64,000 nucleotides of DNA. Source: Alphaproteobacteria bacterium (lineage in GTDB: Bacteria > Pseudomonadota > Alphaproteobacteria > GCA-2731375). The position numbers and the translations under genes are program-made. The stretch is taken from contig CBDCGJ010000007.1 of assembly GCA_965216645.1 (NCBI GenBank), positions 14,150 to 78,149 of the forward strand. Direction: 5' to 3'. Below, one piece after another: positions 50,402-61,523 of this stretch; within the stretch, counting starts at the first letter, position 1, and each line of letters opens with the position of its first letter. The notes beneath the pieces are model-generated. The model made no database searches and was not told the origin of the DNA. It worked only from the letters and a program-made list of their open reading frames with translations.

Positions 50402-52292
50402 TTAGGCGGATTTTTCCGCTTCGAGTGATTCCATTAAAGCGAGCCATTCTTTTTCCAATCGATCAAGTTTTGTGACGCCAATCCTTGCTGCCGGCTTAGT
50501 TCGGCGGCATCGACTTCGCCGCTGCGGTAGGACTTGGGATCGGCCATCAGCGCTTCCAACTGCCCGTAAATGAGTTTCAGTCAGGGATATTTCGCATTCT
50601 ATAGCTGGATAGTTGGCGACGCAAGGGGGCCAAATTGGCCCTTTTCGCTGCCGCATTCTTCTTCTTTACCTGAACGGGTATCGTCGGTTTTTGGTGCGGC
50701 GTTGCTGCCCGGCGGGGGCGAAACAGGCGATTTTGGTAGTCGGACACGTCACCGTCGAATACGTTCACGGTTCCACCAGCCACTAGCCAAAGCCGATCGG
50801 CGACCAATTCCACAAAATGCCGATCGTGGCTGATTAGGATTACACTGCCGCTGAACTGGTTCAGAGCCTGAATCAATGCTTCGCGCGCGTCCACGTCGAG
50901 ATGATTCGTCGGTTCGTCCAAAATCAAGAGTTGCGGCTTGGCTTCGGTAATCAGAGCCAAAACCAGGCGGGATTTCTCTCCACCCGAGAGGTTTTCGGCC
51001 GCCGTCGTGGCACGATCTTGGATCAAGCCATAGCCGCCCAGGTGACTACGCAATTCGGTTTCCGACGCGTCGGGGCGAAGGCGGCGAAGGTGATCGATCG
51101 CGGTATCCTGTGGACGCAGGTCCTCGATTTGATGCTGGGCGAAAAACGCCGCGCTCAGGCGATGATTGCGGTGCAAATGACCGGCCATCGGTTCCAGTCG
51201 GCCGGCCAGCAGTTTGGCGAATGTCGATTTACCATTACCGTTTTGACCCAACAAGGCGATCCGATCATCGTTGCCGATGGTGAAGTTCAGGTCTTTCAGC
51301 ACCGGCTCGCCGGGCCGATATCCGACCTGGACCCCTTCCGCCGAGACTAGGGGCGGTGCCAATTGCTTGCCGTCCGGAATGGCGAAGCTGACCGATGGGT
51401 CGACAAGCGCGGCGGCGATGGGTTCCATTCGGGCCAGCGCCTTCAGACGGCTTTGCGCCTGTCGGGCTTTTGACGCTTTGTAGCGGAACCGGTCGACAAA
51501 TTGCTGGATATGCTTGCGCTGCGCTTCTTGCCGCGCCCGCGCCTTTTCCTGAAGGACAGCGCGCTCACGCCGTTGCCGGTCGAACTGATCGTAGCCACCG
51601 CGATAGAGCGTGAAAGCGGTCGGCTCGATGTGCAGAATATGGTCGACCGCGCGATTCAACAGTTCCCGATCATGGCTGACCAGCAGGACGGTATGCCGAT
51701 AGCTGCGGAGGAAACCTTCGAGCCACATGGCGCCTTCGATATCGAGATAGTTGGTCGGTTCGTCCAGTAGAAGAAGGTCCGGCGCCAGGAAAAGCGCGGC
51801 GGCCAAAGCGACGCGCATCCGCCAGCCGCCGGAATATTCTTCGCAAGGTCTTCGTTGCGCGGCTTCGTCGAAACCGAGCCCGGCCAGGATTGTCGCCGCG
51901 CGGGAAGGCGCGCCATATGCGTCGATGTCGACCAGCCGTTCGTGGATTTCCGCCATCCTTCCGGCCTCGGGATCGGTATCGAGCTCTGCCAATAGATTAT
52001 GGCGTTCGGTGTCGGCGGCTAGGACAGTATCGACGATGCTTTCCGGCCCGCCTGGCGCTTCCTGAGCGACAGCACCGACGCGGAGGTTTCTCGGCATGCT
52101 GATCTCGCCGTCATCGGCCTGGAGTTCGTCCAGGATCAATCGAAGGAGCGTCGACTTGCCGACACCGTTGCGGCCGACCATGCCGACATGATGACCGGCC
52201 GGAATTTGAACCGAGCAGTTCGTGATCAGATCGCGCCCGCCAATGCGGTATGTCAGGTTTCTGATGTCGAGCATGGCCGGCTTGTTTAGCAC
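50402..52292 (-). CDS. ABC-F family ATPase (tandem ABC domains, no TMD; Uup/EttA-like translation/resistance factor family); last ~80 codons carry three frameshifts
   Basis: Two complete Walker A ([18 protein letters not shown]), signature ([16 protein letters not shown]) and Walker B sets in the 50577..52292 frame. The C-terminal coiled-coil tail is spread over three frames (…NLAPLRRQ / …[35 protein letters not shown] / …[22 protein letters not shown]). Confidence 0.8.
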
Positions 52293-52387
52293 GGTTGCTC
52301 CGCCGGCGCGAAGTCGATATAAGGCCGCTCAAGCGCCGGCACCGCGGTCCGTCGCAAAGATATTTCAACACAAGGAAGATGACAGAA

Positions 52388-52810
52388 ATGGCCATCGAGC
52401 GCACTTTTTCCATCATTAAGCCGGACGCCACGAAACGTAATTTGACCGGCAAAATCACCGCACGGTTGGAGGGCGCTGGCTTGCGGGTGATCGCGTCGAA
52501 GCGGATTTGGATGACCCGGCAACAGGCCGAAGGATTCTATGCCGTGCATAAAGAGCGGCCGTTTTTCGGTTCCCTCTGCGATTTCATGACCTCCGGTCCG
52601 GTGGTCGTGCAGGTACTCGAAGGCGAGGACGCGATCGCCAAAAATCGGGAAGTCATGGGGGCGACCAATCCGGCCGAGGCCGCCGACGGCACCATTCGAA
52701 AAGACTTTGCCGAGAGTATCGAAGCAAACTCCGTGCACGGCTCCGATGCGCCGGAGACCGCGGCGGTAGAGATCGCCTACTGGTTTGCCGAAACCGAAAT
52801 CGTCGGCTGA
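52388..52810 (+). CDS. ndk: Nucleoside-diphosphate kinase
   Basis: [14 protein letters not shown] start, NGSDS active-site histidine region, 140 aa. Start at ATG 52388, 9 nt after AGGAAG. Confidence 0.9.
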   Translation: MAIERTFSIIKPDATKRNLTGKITARLEGAGLRVIASKRIWMTRQQAEGFYAVHKERPFFGSLCDFMTSGPVVVQVLEGEDAIAKNREVMGATNPAEAADGTIRKDFAESIEANSVHGSDAPETAAVEIAYWFAETEIVG

Positions 52811-52840
52811 TATGTCGTTCTGCGCCGTTCGGCTTAACGA

Positions 52841-53500
52841 TTAGAAGTTTACCGAAACCGGATTGAACATCTCGCTTTCGGCGCCGTTCGTATTGGTAAG
52901 GGACACCCGCTCGCTGGCGACACGGGCGTTGCCGCTGGCAACAAGGCTAAGGGCGAGCGGGTAGAGGCGATGCTCCGCCATCAAAACCCTTTCAGCCAAA
53001 CTATCGGCGTCATCGCCCGGCAGGACCGGCACGGCGGCCTGGGCGATGACGGGCCCTTCATCCATTTCCGCGCGTATGTAATGCACGGTGCATCCTGATA
53101 TTTTCACGCCGGCGTCCAGCACCCGATGGTGCACGTTGGTGCCCTTGAAGGCAGGTAGCAGGGAGGGGTGGATGTTGATCACTCGATCCTTCCAACGTTG
53201 AACGAACTCCTTCGTCAGGATCCGCATGAAGCCGGCTAGGCAGACAACCTCCACGCCGGCGTCGCGGAGAGCCGCGCTGATCGCGTCATCAAAGGTTTCC
53301 CGGTCCTGATAGCTTTGATGCTTGATCACTCGGGTGGCGATGCCAGCCGCTTCGGCCTTTGCCAGACCGGGCGCGTCGGCCACATTGGAAATGACCAGCG
53401 CGATATGCGCCGGATAGTCCTCGGCTTGCGCGGCGTCGATCAAGGCGGACATGTTACTGCCGCGACCGGATATCAAGATACCAACTTTTGCCTTACGCAT
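52841..53500 (-). CDS. purN: Phosphoribosylglycinamide formyltransferase
   Basis: 219 aa with the GSGSNL-type N-terminus (ILISGRGSNMSALI) and the formyltransferase HPSLLP motif. Confidence 0.9.
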   Translation of the reverse strand: MRKAKVGILISGRGSNMSALIDAAQAEDYPAHIALVISNVADAPGLAKAEAAGIATRVIKHQSYQDRETFDDAISAALRDAGVEVVCLAGFMRILTKEFVQRWKDRVINIHPSLLPAFKGTNVHHRVLDAGVKISGCTVHYIRAEMDEGPVIAQAAVPVLPGDDADSLAERVLMAEHRLYPLALSLVASGNARVASERVSLTNTNGAESEMFNPVSVNF

Positions 53501-54522
53501 TAGAACGAGAGCCCTTCGATCTTCACGTTAACCTCGTGCTCGGATATGGCGACAATCTTACCGATTTCCAAGGCGGTTTCGCCCGACGCTTCGAAATTCT
53601 CCCTTACCTCATCCAAATCCGCAGCATCGACCACCGCGACCATGCCGATGCCGCAATTGAAGGTTCGAGCCATTTCTCCCGCCGCAATCCCGCCTAGATC
53701 CGACAACCATTTAAAGACAGGATCGGGGCGCCAACGCGTGGCGTCGACCAAGGCCGCGCAGTTGTCCGGCAACACGCGCGGGATGTTTTCCACAAACCCG
53801 CCGCCGGTAATATGGGCCAGGGCCTTGACTTTGCCGGCGCGGACCGCGGACAGGCAGCTACTGACGTAAATCCTGGTCGGGGTCAATAACGCGTCGGCCA
53901 ACGGCAAGTCGGCTTGAAAGGGAGCCGGGGCCGCGAGATCCAGTCCGAAGTCGTCCACAAGACGACGAACCAGGGAAAAGCCGTTGGAATGCAGCCCGCT
54001 GCTGCGCAGCCCGATCAATTTGTCGCCGGCGGACACTTGCTGGCCGTCGAGAAGTGCGCCGCGTTCGACCGCGCCTAGGGCAAACCCGGCGAGATCATAG
54101 TCGCCCTCCGCATAAAGGCCCGGCATTTCCGCCGTTTCGCCACCGAGCAGGGCGCAGCCGGCTTGCCGGCAACCCTCGGCGATCCCCGCGACAACTTGCC
54201 GGCCGGCTTCGACGTCGAGTTTACCGGTGGCGTAATAGTCGAGAAACAGCAGCGGTTCCGCGCCCTGTACGACCAGATCGTTGACGCACATGGCGACAAG
54301 ATCGATCCCGACCGTGTCGTGCTTGGCTGCGGCGATGGCCAGTTTCAATTTGGTTCCGACACCGTCGTTGGCGGCCAATAGAAGCGGATCCTTATAACCG
54401 GCCGCCGCCAAATCGAAAACGCCGGCAAAGCCGCCCAGTCCGGCATCGCTGCCAGGACGGGCGGTCGACGCCGCAAGCGGCTTAATCGCCTCTACTAAAG
54501 CGGCGCCGGCATCGATATCCAC
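53500..54522 (-). CDS. purM: Phosphoribosylformylglycinamidine cyclo-ligase (AIR synthetase); 5' end unresolved
   Basis: AIRS N- and C-domains ([42 protein letters not shown]). The conserved [15 protein letters not shown]-terminus continues in-frame upstream of GTG 54522, but no canonical start exists in that frame. An ATG at 54613 lies in another frame. Confidence 0.8.
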   Translation of the reverse strand: MDIDAGAALVEAIKPLAASTARPGSDAGLGGFAGVFDLAAAGYKDPLLLAANDGVGTKLKLAIAAAKHDTVGIDLVAMCVNDLVVQGAEPLLFLDYYATGKLDVEAGRQVVAGIAEGCRQAGCALLGGETAEMPGLYAEGDYDLAGFALGAVERGALLDGQQVSAGDKLIGLRSSGLHSNGFSLVRRLVDDFGLDLAAPAPFQADLPLADALLTPTRIYVSSCLSAVRAGKVKALAHITGGGFVENIPRVLPDNCAALVDATRWRPDPVFKWLSDLGGIAAGEMARTFNCGIGMVAVVDAADLDEVRENFEASGETALEIGKIVAISEHEVNVKIEGLSF

Positions 54523-54652
54523 GCCCGCGGATTTATACGTGTAGCTGTTGATGGTATCCCGAGCCCCGTGAATGATAGGTTGACCGAATTTGGTCTTCGG
54601 TTTTAATGCGCATTTCGTAGCAAATTTGATCGGCGTTCAAAAGTGGAAAGCC

Positions 54653-55759
54653 ATGATACGAACAATTCTGACTGCCATTTATGCGACCTGTTTCGCGATC
54701 AGTCTGTCGACAGGTCTCGCTGCCCAGCCGGTGGAGCCGGGGGCTTTGTTCGAGGTCCGCGACGTCGCCATCGACGCGACGGCGGATAATCCGGTCAAGG
54801 CACGGCAAACCGGGTTGGCGGAAGGCCGGCGGGCGGCCCTGGATCGGTTGCTCGACCGTCTCGTGCCAAAAGCGGCCAAAAGCGGGTTGCGGCGATTGTC
54901 CGACGCGGAAATCGGCGGTTTGGTGGAAACTTATGCCTTGGATGGCGAAAAGAGTTCGTCGACGCAGTATCTCGCCACCTTCAACGTGTTGTTTTCGGAA
55001 TTGGCCGTGCGTCGTCTGTTGAAGTCCGAGAGGGTGCCGTTTTCCGAAAGCCGGGCGAAACCGGTATTGATCCTGCCGGTTCTTGTCTCCGAAGATACTG
55101 CTATTTTGTTCGACGGTCAGAACGATTGGCTGACAGCCTGGGGCGCGCGCAATGACGACGCGTATGGTTTGGTGCCGATGTTTCTACCGCTCGGCGATTT
55201 GAGGGATATCACGACAATGTCCGCCTCCGCCGCGCTGGCCGCCGACAAACAGGCGATGGGAGCGTTGGCCGAACGATACGGCGTCGACAGGCTGTTTATC
55301 GCCCGCGCCATACCCGGCGAGACGGGTAGCGGCAAGACATTGCGGGCCGTCGGAACCCTGTATGAGGATGACGAGCAGGACAGCGTCGAGGTGACCGTCA
55401 ACGGCAATGCCGACGCATCCAATGCGGCCCTCTACGACCAAGCGGCAGCACTTTTGGCTGAGAGCCTCATCGACAAGTGGAAGGACGCGACGGCTCTGAG
55501 GTTCAACGAGGGCGAGGCGATTAGCGTTGCGGTCACGATTACGAATCCCGGCCAATGGGCGAAAATCCGTCGTGCCTTGGCCGCGGAACCGAGTTTGAGC
55601 CGACTTACCATCTTAAGTTTGACCCAAGACCGAGCGGAGTTGGAGCTGGAGTTTACCGGCGGTGTAGACGGACTGCGGGCGGCCTTGGCGCAGCGGGATC
55701 TCAATTTATTCGTTGATGACAAGGGCGGCTGGCAATTAGCGTTGTCTCCCCCGAATTGA
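54653..55759 (+). CDS. DUF2066-domain protein, exported
   Basis: Signal peptide MIRTILTAIYATCFAISLSTGLAAQP. This is the conserved alphaproteobacterial purM-adjacent family. 368 aa from ATG 54653 (GGAAAG upstream). Confidence 0.6.
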   Translation: MIRTILTAIYATCFAISLSTGLAAQPVEPGALFEVRDVAIDATADNPVKARQTGLAEGRRAALDRLLDRLVPKAAKSGLRRLSDAEIGGLVETYALDGEKSSSTQYLATFNVLFSELAVRRLLKSERVPFSESRAKPVLILPVLVSEDTAILFDGQNDWLTAWGARNDDAYGLVPMFLPLGDLRDITTMSASAALAADKQAMGALAERYGVDRLFIARAIPGETGSGKTLRAVGTLYEDDEQDSVEVTVNGNADASNAALYDQAAALLAESLIDKWKDATALRFNEGEAISVAVTITNPGQWAKIRRALAAEPSLSRLTILSLTQDRAELELEFTGGVDGLRAALAQRDLNLFVDDKGGWQLALSPPN

Positions 55760-55775
55760 CATCGGACACAGGCCG

Positions 55776-56327
55776 GTGACACAGAATATCCCGAATATCA
55801 TTTCGCTCATGCGGTTGTTGGCCACGCCGATCGTGGTCTGGCTTATTCTGTCCGACGAACTGGCCACCGCCTTCGTCTTGTTTATCGTCGCGGGCATTTC
55901 CGATGCGGTCGACGGTTTTATCGCCAAGCGCTTCAACGCCCAAACGATGATCGGCGCCTATCTGGATCCGATTTCGGACAAGGTCCTACTGGTCGCCATT
56001 TATGTGGCGTTGGGGGCAAGCGATCTGCTGCCGACGTGGCTGGTTATTCTTGTGGTTTCAAGAGACTTGTTGATTATCGGCGGCGCTTTGTTACTCTTCA
56101 CCCTGGATTACCAATTGAAAATCGCGCCGATCTGGAGTTCGAAAATCAATACGGCGGCGCAGATTGCATTAGCGGGTTTGGTCCTCGCCATTGAAGGATA
56201 TAACTGGTCCGAACTCGCAATATTACTTTGGCCATTGATGATCGTCGTGGCGATAACGACGGTCGTTTCCGGCGGCAGCTATTTGATCAACTGGACACAG
56301 CAAGTCGCCGATATCGAAGGGAACTAG
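55776..56327 (+). CDS. CDP-alcohol phosphatidyltransferase-family protein
   Basis: DG(x)2AR...G(x)3D(x)3D signature (GISDAVDGFIAKRF...GAYLDPISDK), multi-TM, 183 aa. Confidence 0.8.
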   Translation: MTQNIPNIISLMRLLATPIVVWLILSDELATAFVLFIVAGISDAVDGFIAKRFNAQTMIGAYLDPISDKVLLVAIYVALGASDLLPTWLVILVVSRDLLIIGGALLLFTLDYQLKIAPIWSSKINTAAQIALAGLVLAIEGYNWSELAILLWPLMIVVAITTVVSGGSYLINWTQQVADIEGN

Positions 56328-56328
56328 C

Positions 56329-57426
56329 ATGTCACCGGCCCGCCAGTGGCTTTATTGGTCGATTGCGCTCGGGGTAGTTCTGCTGGGCATCGCGCTGTTG
56401 AGCGATATTCTGTTCCCCTTTATCGTCGGCTTGGCCATCGCTTACATTCTCGATCCCGTGGTCGATAAACTGGAAGAACGGCGCATCGGCCGCGGTTTCG
56501 CGACCTTGATCGTGCTGACGCTGTTCTTCGCGATATTGACCGTTTGCGTCGTCATGCTGTTGCCGGTTCTGTTCGAGCAGATCATCGGCTTCGCCCAATC
56601 CCTGCCGAATTTATTGGCCAAGGGCTGGGACATGATCATCTCCCAAATCAGTGAAACGGCGGATGATTTCGACCTGGTCGTCGATGTCGAATCCGATGCA
56701 CAGGCGATCATCGACGCGATTACGGAAAAGGCGGGCGGCGTCATTGCCGGTCTGTTGGAAAGCGTATGGTCGAGCGGTTTGGCGTTTTTCAATATTCTCT
56801 CGCTGGTGCTGATTTCTCCGCTCATTGCTTTCTATCTCCTGCGCGATTGGGACCACATGGTTGCCAAGGTGGAAAGTTGGTTGCCTCGCCATCTGGAGCT
56901 GGAGATCAAAAAAGTCCTGGCGGAGATACACAGTGTATTGTCCGGCTTCGTGCGCGGGCAGGGCATGGTTTGTCTGTTATTGGGCACGTTCTACGCCATA
57001 GGGCTCACCCTGGTCGGGTTGGATTTTGGTCTTGTAATCGGATTGATCGCCGGCTTGGTGTCGTTCATTCCGTTCGTTGGCGTGATCGTCGGGTTGACAT
57101 TGTCCATGCTGACCGCGTTCACCCAGTTTTGGCCGGACTTTGTTCAGATCGCCATCGTCGGTTCCATCTTTGTCGCCGGCCAAGTTCTCGAGGGTAATTT
57201 CCTGACGCCGAAATTGCTGGGCAATCGGGTCGGTTTGCATCCGGTATGGGTGATCTTCGGATTGTTCGCCGGCGGTACGCTTTTTGGTTTTGTTGGCGTT
57301 CTGATGTCAATTCCGATCACAGCTGTGATCGGCGTGCTGGTGCGCTATTCGATCCAGAGATATGTCTCGAGCGGTCTGTTTTTGGGGGAAGCGAGCGAAG
57401 TCAGCGATGAAGAGTCGGCCCAATGA
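56329..57426 (+). CDS. AI-2E family transporter (PerM/UPF0118)
   Basis: 365 aa, 7-8 TM, with the conserved C-terminal GLVGVLMSIPITAV region. Confidence 0.75.
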   Translation: MSPARQWLYWSIALGVVLLGIALLSDILFPFIVGLAIAYILDPVVDKLEERRIGRGFATLIVLTLFFAILTVCVVMLLPVLFEQIIGFAQSLPNLLAKGWDMIISQISETADDFDLVVDVESDAQAIIDAITEKAGGVIAGLLESVWSSGLAFFNILSLVLISPLIAFYLLRDWDHMVAKVESWLPRHLELEIKKVLAEIHSVLSGFVRGQGMVCLLLGTFYAIGLTLVGLDFGLVIGLIAGLVSFIPFVGVIVGLTLSMLTAFTQFWPDFVQIAIVGSIFVAGQVLEGNFLTPKLLGNRVGLHPVWVIFGLFAGGTLFGFVGVLMSIPITAVIGVLVRYSIQRYVSSGLFLGEASEVSDEESAQ

Positions 57427-58094
57427 CCGTGCAGATGGCTCTCGACCTGCCGCACCGGGTCGCGCGGGGGCGGTCGGATTTCATGATCGCGGATTGCAAC
57501 CGCGAGGCCGTCGCCTGGCTTGATCGATGGCCGAATTGGCCGGGGAAAACGCTTATCCTTTATGGCCCTGCCGGTTGCGGCAAAAGCCACCTTTGCCACG
57601 TCTTTATGGCCGCCCAGGGCGCGGTGCCGGTGTCGGCGGACGATCTGTCGAGCAGCGATCCGCTCGAACTCGCCGGTCTAGGACCGCTCATTCTAGACGA
57701 CGCGGATAGTATTTCGGACGAGGCCGGACTGTTCCACCTCTTCAACGCGGTGCGGGAACATGGCCGCGGCATGTTGCTGACGGGCAAGGCGCCGCCTAAT
57801 CAATGGCCGATCGAATTGGCCGATCTGGCCTCGCGGCTGAACGGCGCGTCGGCAGTCGCGATCGGGCAAGCCAGCGACGAACTGCTCGGCGGTGTGTTGA
57901 TCAAGTTGTTTCGAGATCGCCAGCTCGCCGTGGCGCCGGATGTGATAGGTTATTTACTGAAGCGTATGGATCGTTCGTTCCAGGCCGCCGGTCACTTAGC
58001 CGACCGTCTGGATCAAGCGGCGCTCCGCCAACATCGCCGTGTCACGATTGCGCTGGCGCGGGACGTGTTGGAATTGCCTTTGGAGGAATGTTGA
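57423..58094 (+). CDS. hdaA: DnaA regulatory inactivator HdaA
   Basis: 223 aa. AAA+ Walker A GPAGCGKSHL, Walker B ILDDAD, and a DnaA-domain III-like fold without domain IV. Confidence 0.7.
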   Translation: MTVQMALDLPHRVARGRSDFMIADCNREAVAWLDRWPNWPGKTLILYGPAGCGKSHLCHVFMAAQGAVPVSADDLSSSDPLELAGLGPLILDDADSISDEAGLFHLFNAVREHGRGMLLTGKAPPNQWPIELADLASRLNGASAVAIGQASDELLGGVLIKLFRDRQLAVAPDVIGYLLKRMDRSFQAAGHLADRLDQAALRQHRRVTIALARDVLELPLEEC

Positions 58095-58874
58095 ATGGAT
58101 CTGGGGATCGCAGGCCGGAAAGCTATAGTTTGCGCAGCCAGCAAAGGCTTGGGTAAAGCCAGCGCCTTGGCGCTGGCACAAGAAGGTGTCGACCTTGTGA
58201 TCAACGCGCGTACGGCCGAGACCCTGGCGGCGGCGGCCGAAGAGATCGCGGATGCCACCGGCGTTTCGGTCACGCCGGTTGCTTGCGACATCACCAGCGC
58301 GGAGGGACGGGCCCAAGTGTTGGCCGCCTGTTCGGATCCGGATATCCTGGTTACCAATGCCGGCGGGCCGCCGCGCGGCGATTTCCGAGATTTCACGCCT
58401 GAAGATTGGCAAAAGGCGGTGAACGGTAACATGATCACGCCAATCGAGCTGATCAAGGGCACCGTGGACGGGATGATCGCGCGCGGCTTCGGCCGGATCG
58501 TCAACATTACGTCGGCGGCGGTCAAAAATCCGATTGATGAGCTTTGTCTGTCGAACGGCGCGCGCGCCGGCCTGACCGGTTTTGTTGCCGGCCTGTCGCG
58601 CAAGACGGTGCGCCACAATGTCGTGATCAATAATCTGCTGCCTGGACCTTTCGCCACGGATCGATTGAAAGCGGGCTGGGAATTCGCCGCGAGGGATGAG
58701 GGGATCACGATCGACGAGGCGCGGGCGCGGTCGGAAGCGCGTAATCCGGCCGGTCGGGTCGGCGAGGCAGACGAGTTCGGCGCCATGTGCGCCTTCCTCT
58801 GTAGCGCGCATGTCGGTTATATGACGGGGCAGCAAATCATGATGGATGGCGGCGGTTATCCAGGCACGATGTGA
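58095..58874 (+). CDS. SDR-family oxidoreductase
   Basis: Cofactor-binding motif and NAG/S-Y-K motifs (VCAASKGLGKASA, NAGGPP), 259 aa. Confidence 0.75.
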   Translation: MDLGIAGRKAIVCAASKGLGKASALALAQEGVDLVINARTAETLAAAAEEIADATGVSVTPVACDITSAEGRAQVLAACSDPDILVTNAGGPPRGDFRDFTPEDWQKAVNGNMITPIELIKGTVDGMIARGFGRIVNITSAAVKNPIDELCLSNGARAGLTGFVAGLSRKTVRHNVVINNLLPGPFATDRLKAGWEFAARDEGITIDEARARSEARNPAGRVGEADEFGAMCAFLCSAHVGYMTGQQIMMDGGGYPGTM

Positions 58875-58889
58875 TATTGGAGAAATGTC

Positions 58890-59327
58890 ATGCAGCGTAT
58901 CCTTTTGGTTCTTTCCCTGTTCGTCTCTCTGTCGATCTTTTCGGGCGCGGCGCTGGCCAATGTGGTCGGCATTTGGGCCACGAAAGAGGAAAAGTCCCGA
59001 GTGGAAATAAGTGAATGCGGTAAGAAACTCTGCGGCGAAATCATTTGGTTGAAGGAGCCTTTGAACGATAAGAAAGAGCCGAAGACGGACACCAACAATC
59101 CGGACGAGAAACTGCGTAGCCGCAAGATCATCGGCTTGAAATTGTTGTCCGGATTTGTCCCATCGAGCGAAAAGAACAAGTGGGAAGACGGCGAGATTTA
59201 CAATCCGGAAGACGGCAAGACCTACAGCTGCACCATGACGTTGCTGCCCGACGGCCGTCTGGAGGTGCGCGGCTATGTCGGCATCTCGCTGTTCGGGAAG
59301 TCGCAGATCTGGACTAAAGTGGAATAA
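58890..59327 (+). CDS. DUF2147-domain protein, exported
   Basis: Signal peptide. GIWATKEEKSRVEISECGKKLCGEIIW, with the ...NPE... and ...RGY... patterns typical of DUF2147. Confidence 0.65.
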   Translation: MQRILLVLSLFVSLSIFSGAALANVVGIWATKEEKSRVEISECGKKLCGEIIWLKEPLNDKKEPKTDTNNPDEKLRSRKIIGLKLLSGFVPSSEKNKWEDGEIYNPEDGKTYSCTMTLLPDGRLEVRGYVGISLFGKSQIWTKVE

Positions 59328-59351
59328 CTGTCGGAGAGCGGGAAGAGGATC

Positions 59352-61523
59352 ATGAGCGAAGCCGCCGTCGATATCGAGGTTCCCTTCGAAACCGGACCTG
59401 TTCTGTGCGGCGACGACGATCGTCTGATCAACCGCGAACTCTCCTGGCTGGCGTTCAATCATCGGGTTTTGGAGGAAGCGTTCAACACCGAACATCCGCT
59501 CCTTGCGCGGCTCAATTTCCTCTCGATCTCCGGCTCTAACCTGGACGAGTTCTATATGGTCCGCGTTGCCGGTTTGCATGGTCAGGTGCGAGAGGACGTC
59601 GATCAGGTCAGTGATGACGGTCTGACACCGGAACAGCAATTGGCGGCCATTCACGATATGGCGGGCAACCTGATCGCCGGCCAGGCGCGGTGCTGGAATG
59701 AGTTGAAGCAGGAATTGAAGGAGAACGGTATCGCCGTCGTTGCGCCGGACGAGCTGAACGAAGCGGATAGGGCGTGGTTGGAAGAATATTTCCTGCAGCA
59801 GGTGTTTCCAGTGCTGACACCGCTGGCGATCGACCCGGCGCACCCGTTTCCCTTCATGCAGAATCTCGGCTTGGCAATGATCCTGGAAATGCGCCGCCGC
59901 AGCGACGGCAATGCAATGAAAGCGTTGGTGCCATTGCCGCAATTACTCGACCGTTTCATTTTGCTGCCGGGCGATGATGCGCGTTACATCAGCTTGGAGA
60001 ACCTGGTTTCCCTGTTCCTCGACAGCTTCTATCCCGGATATGACACGTTGGAACGGGGCTTATTCCGCGTCATCCGCGACAGCGATATCGAAATCGAGGA
60101 GGAAGCCGAGGATCTCGTTCGATATTTCCAGTCGGCCTTGAAGCGCCGGCGCCGTGGCAGCGTGATCAGCATATGGTTCGATTCCAGTTCCAGCCCCGCG
60201 CTGCAACGCTATGTCGCCCGCGAACTGCAGGTCCATCAACGCGACGTCGTCCTGGCTGAGGGTTTGCTGGGGCTCTCGGATATCGGCATCATTTTCTCGA
60301 TGGGACGGCCAGAACTGAAGTTCCCCGCCTACCTACCGCGGTTCCCGGAACGTATCAGGGATACCGGCGGCGATTGCTTCGCGGCGATCCGGCTGAAAGA
60401 CATTGTCGTCCACCATCCTTACGAAAGCTTCGACGTGGTGGTCCAGTTTATCGCGCAAGCGGCGCGCGATCCGAACGTGGTGTCGATCAAACAGACGCTC
60501 TATCGAACCTCCGAGGATTCGCCGATCGTCACGGCGTTGATCAATGCGGCGGAGGCGGGGAAATCGGTCACCGCGCTTGTCGAGCTGAAGGCGCGCTTCG
60601 ACGAAGAAGCGAACATCCGCTGGGCCCGGGATATGGAGCGCGTCGGCGTTCACGTGGTCTACGGTTTCATCGACCTGAAAACCCATGCAAAAGTTTCGTT
60701 GGTGGTTCGGCGTGAGGGCGACGGGCTGACCACCTACTCTCATTTCGGCACCGGCAACTACCATCCGCAGAACGCTAAAATCTATACGGACCTGTCTTTC
60801 TTCACCGCGGATCCCGATTTGGCGATGGACGCCGCGAAGCTGTTCAATTTTATGACCGGTTATGCCGAGCCGCGCGGTTACCGCAAGCTGATCACCTCGC
60901 CGCATGGCATCCGTAGCGAGATTCTGCGCATGATCGAAGAGGAAATCGGCCATGCCAAGGCCGGTCGCCCAGCCGCGATCTGGCTGAAAGTAAACTCATT
61001 GGTGGATGCGGAAACGATCGAAGCGCTCTATCGTGCCTCCAACGCGGGTGTGCAGATCGATTTGGTGGTCCGCGGCATTTGCTGCCTGCGCGCCGGCGTA
61101 CCCGGGCTATCGGAAAATATTCGCGTGAAAAGTATTATCGGCCGGTTTCTGGAACATAGCCGTATTGTCTGTTTTGGCGCTGGTCATGGACTGCCGTCGA
61201 CAGAGGCCAAGGTCTTTATCTCCTCCGCCGATTGGATGCCACGCAATTTCGACCGGCGGGTCGAGGCCATGGTGCCGGTCGAGAACCCAACCGTGCATGC
61301 GCAAATTCTCGATCAGATCATGCTGGCCAACCTGAAGGATCGTCGGCAGAGCTGGCAGATGGGACCGAACGGACGCTATGACAGGATGTCGCTGAGCGAG
61401 CCAATCCACGAAGCAAACGCTCTGTTCAGTGCGCATGAATACTTCATGACCAATCCGAGCCTATCGGGCCGGGGCAGCGCGTTGCAAGACGATGATGCAT
61501 TGCGGCCGATCGAACTCGATTGA
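59352..61523 (+). CDS. ppk: Polyphosphate kinase 1
   Basis: 723 aa with the N-terminal [16 protein letters not shown] motif, two PLD-like HKD-type catalytic domains and the autophosphorylated His region. Confidence 0.95.
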   Translation: MSEAAVDIEVPFETGPVLCGDDDRLINRELSWLAFNHRVLEEAFNTEHPLLARLNFLSISGSNLDEFYMVRVAGLHGQVREDVDQVSDDGLTPEQQLAAIHDMAGNLIAGQARCWNELKQELKENGIAVVAPDELNEADRAWLEEYFLQQVFPVLTPLAIDPAHPFPFMQNLGLAMILEMRRRSDGNAMKALVPLPQLLDRFILLPGDDARYISLENLVSLFLDSFYPGYDTLERGLFRVIRDSDIEIEEEAEDLVRYFQSALKRRRRGSVISIWFDSSSSPALQRYVARELQVHQRDVVLAEGLLGLSDIGIIFSMGRPELKFPAYLPRFPERIRDTGGDCFAAIRLKDIVVHHPYESFDVVVQFIAQAARDPNVVSIKQTLYRTSEDSPIVTALINAAEAGKSVTALVELKARFDEEANIRWARDMERVGVHVVYGFIDLKTHAKVSLVVRREGDGLTTYSHFGTGNYHPQNAKIYTDLSFFTADPDLAMDAAKLFNFMTGYAEPRGYRKLITSPHGIRSEILRMIEEEIGHAKAGRPAAIWLKVNSLVDAETIEALYRASNAGVQIDLVVRGICCLRAGVPGLSENIRVKSIIGRFLEHSRIVCFGAGHGLPSTEAKVFISSADWMPRNFDRRVEAMVPVENPTVHAQILDQIMLANLKDRRQSWQMGPNGRYDRMSLSEPIHEANALFSAHEYFMTNPSLSGRGSALQDDDALRPIELD

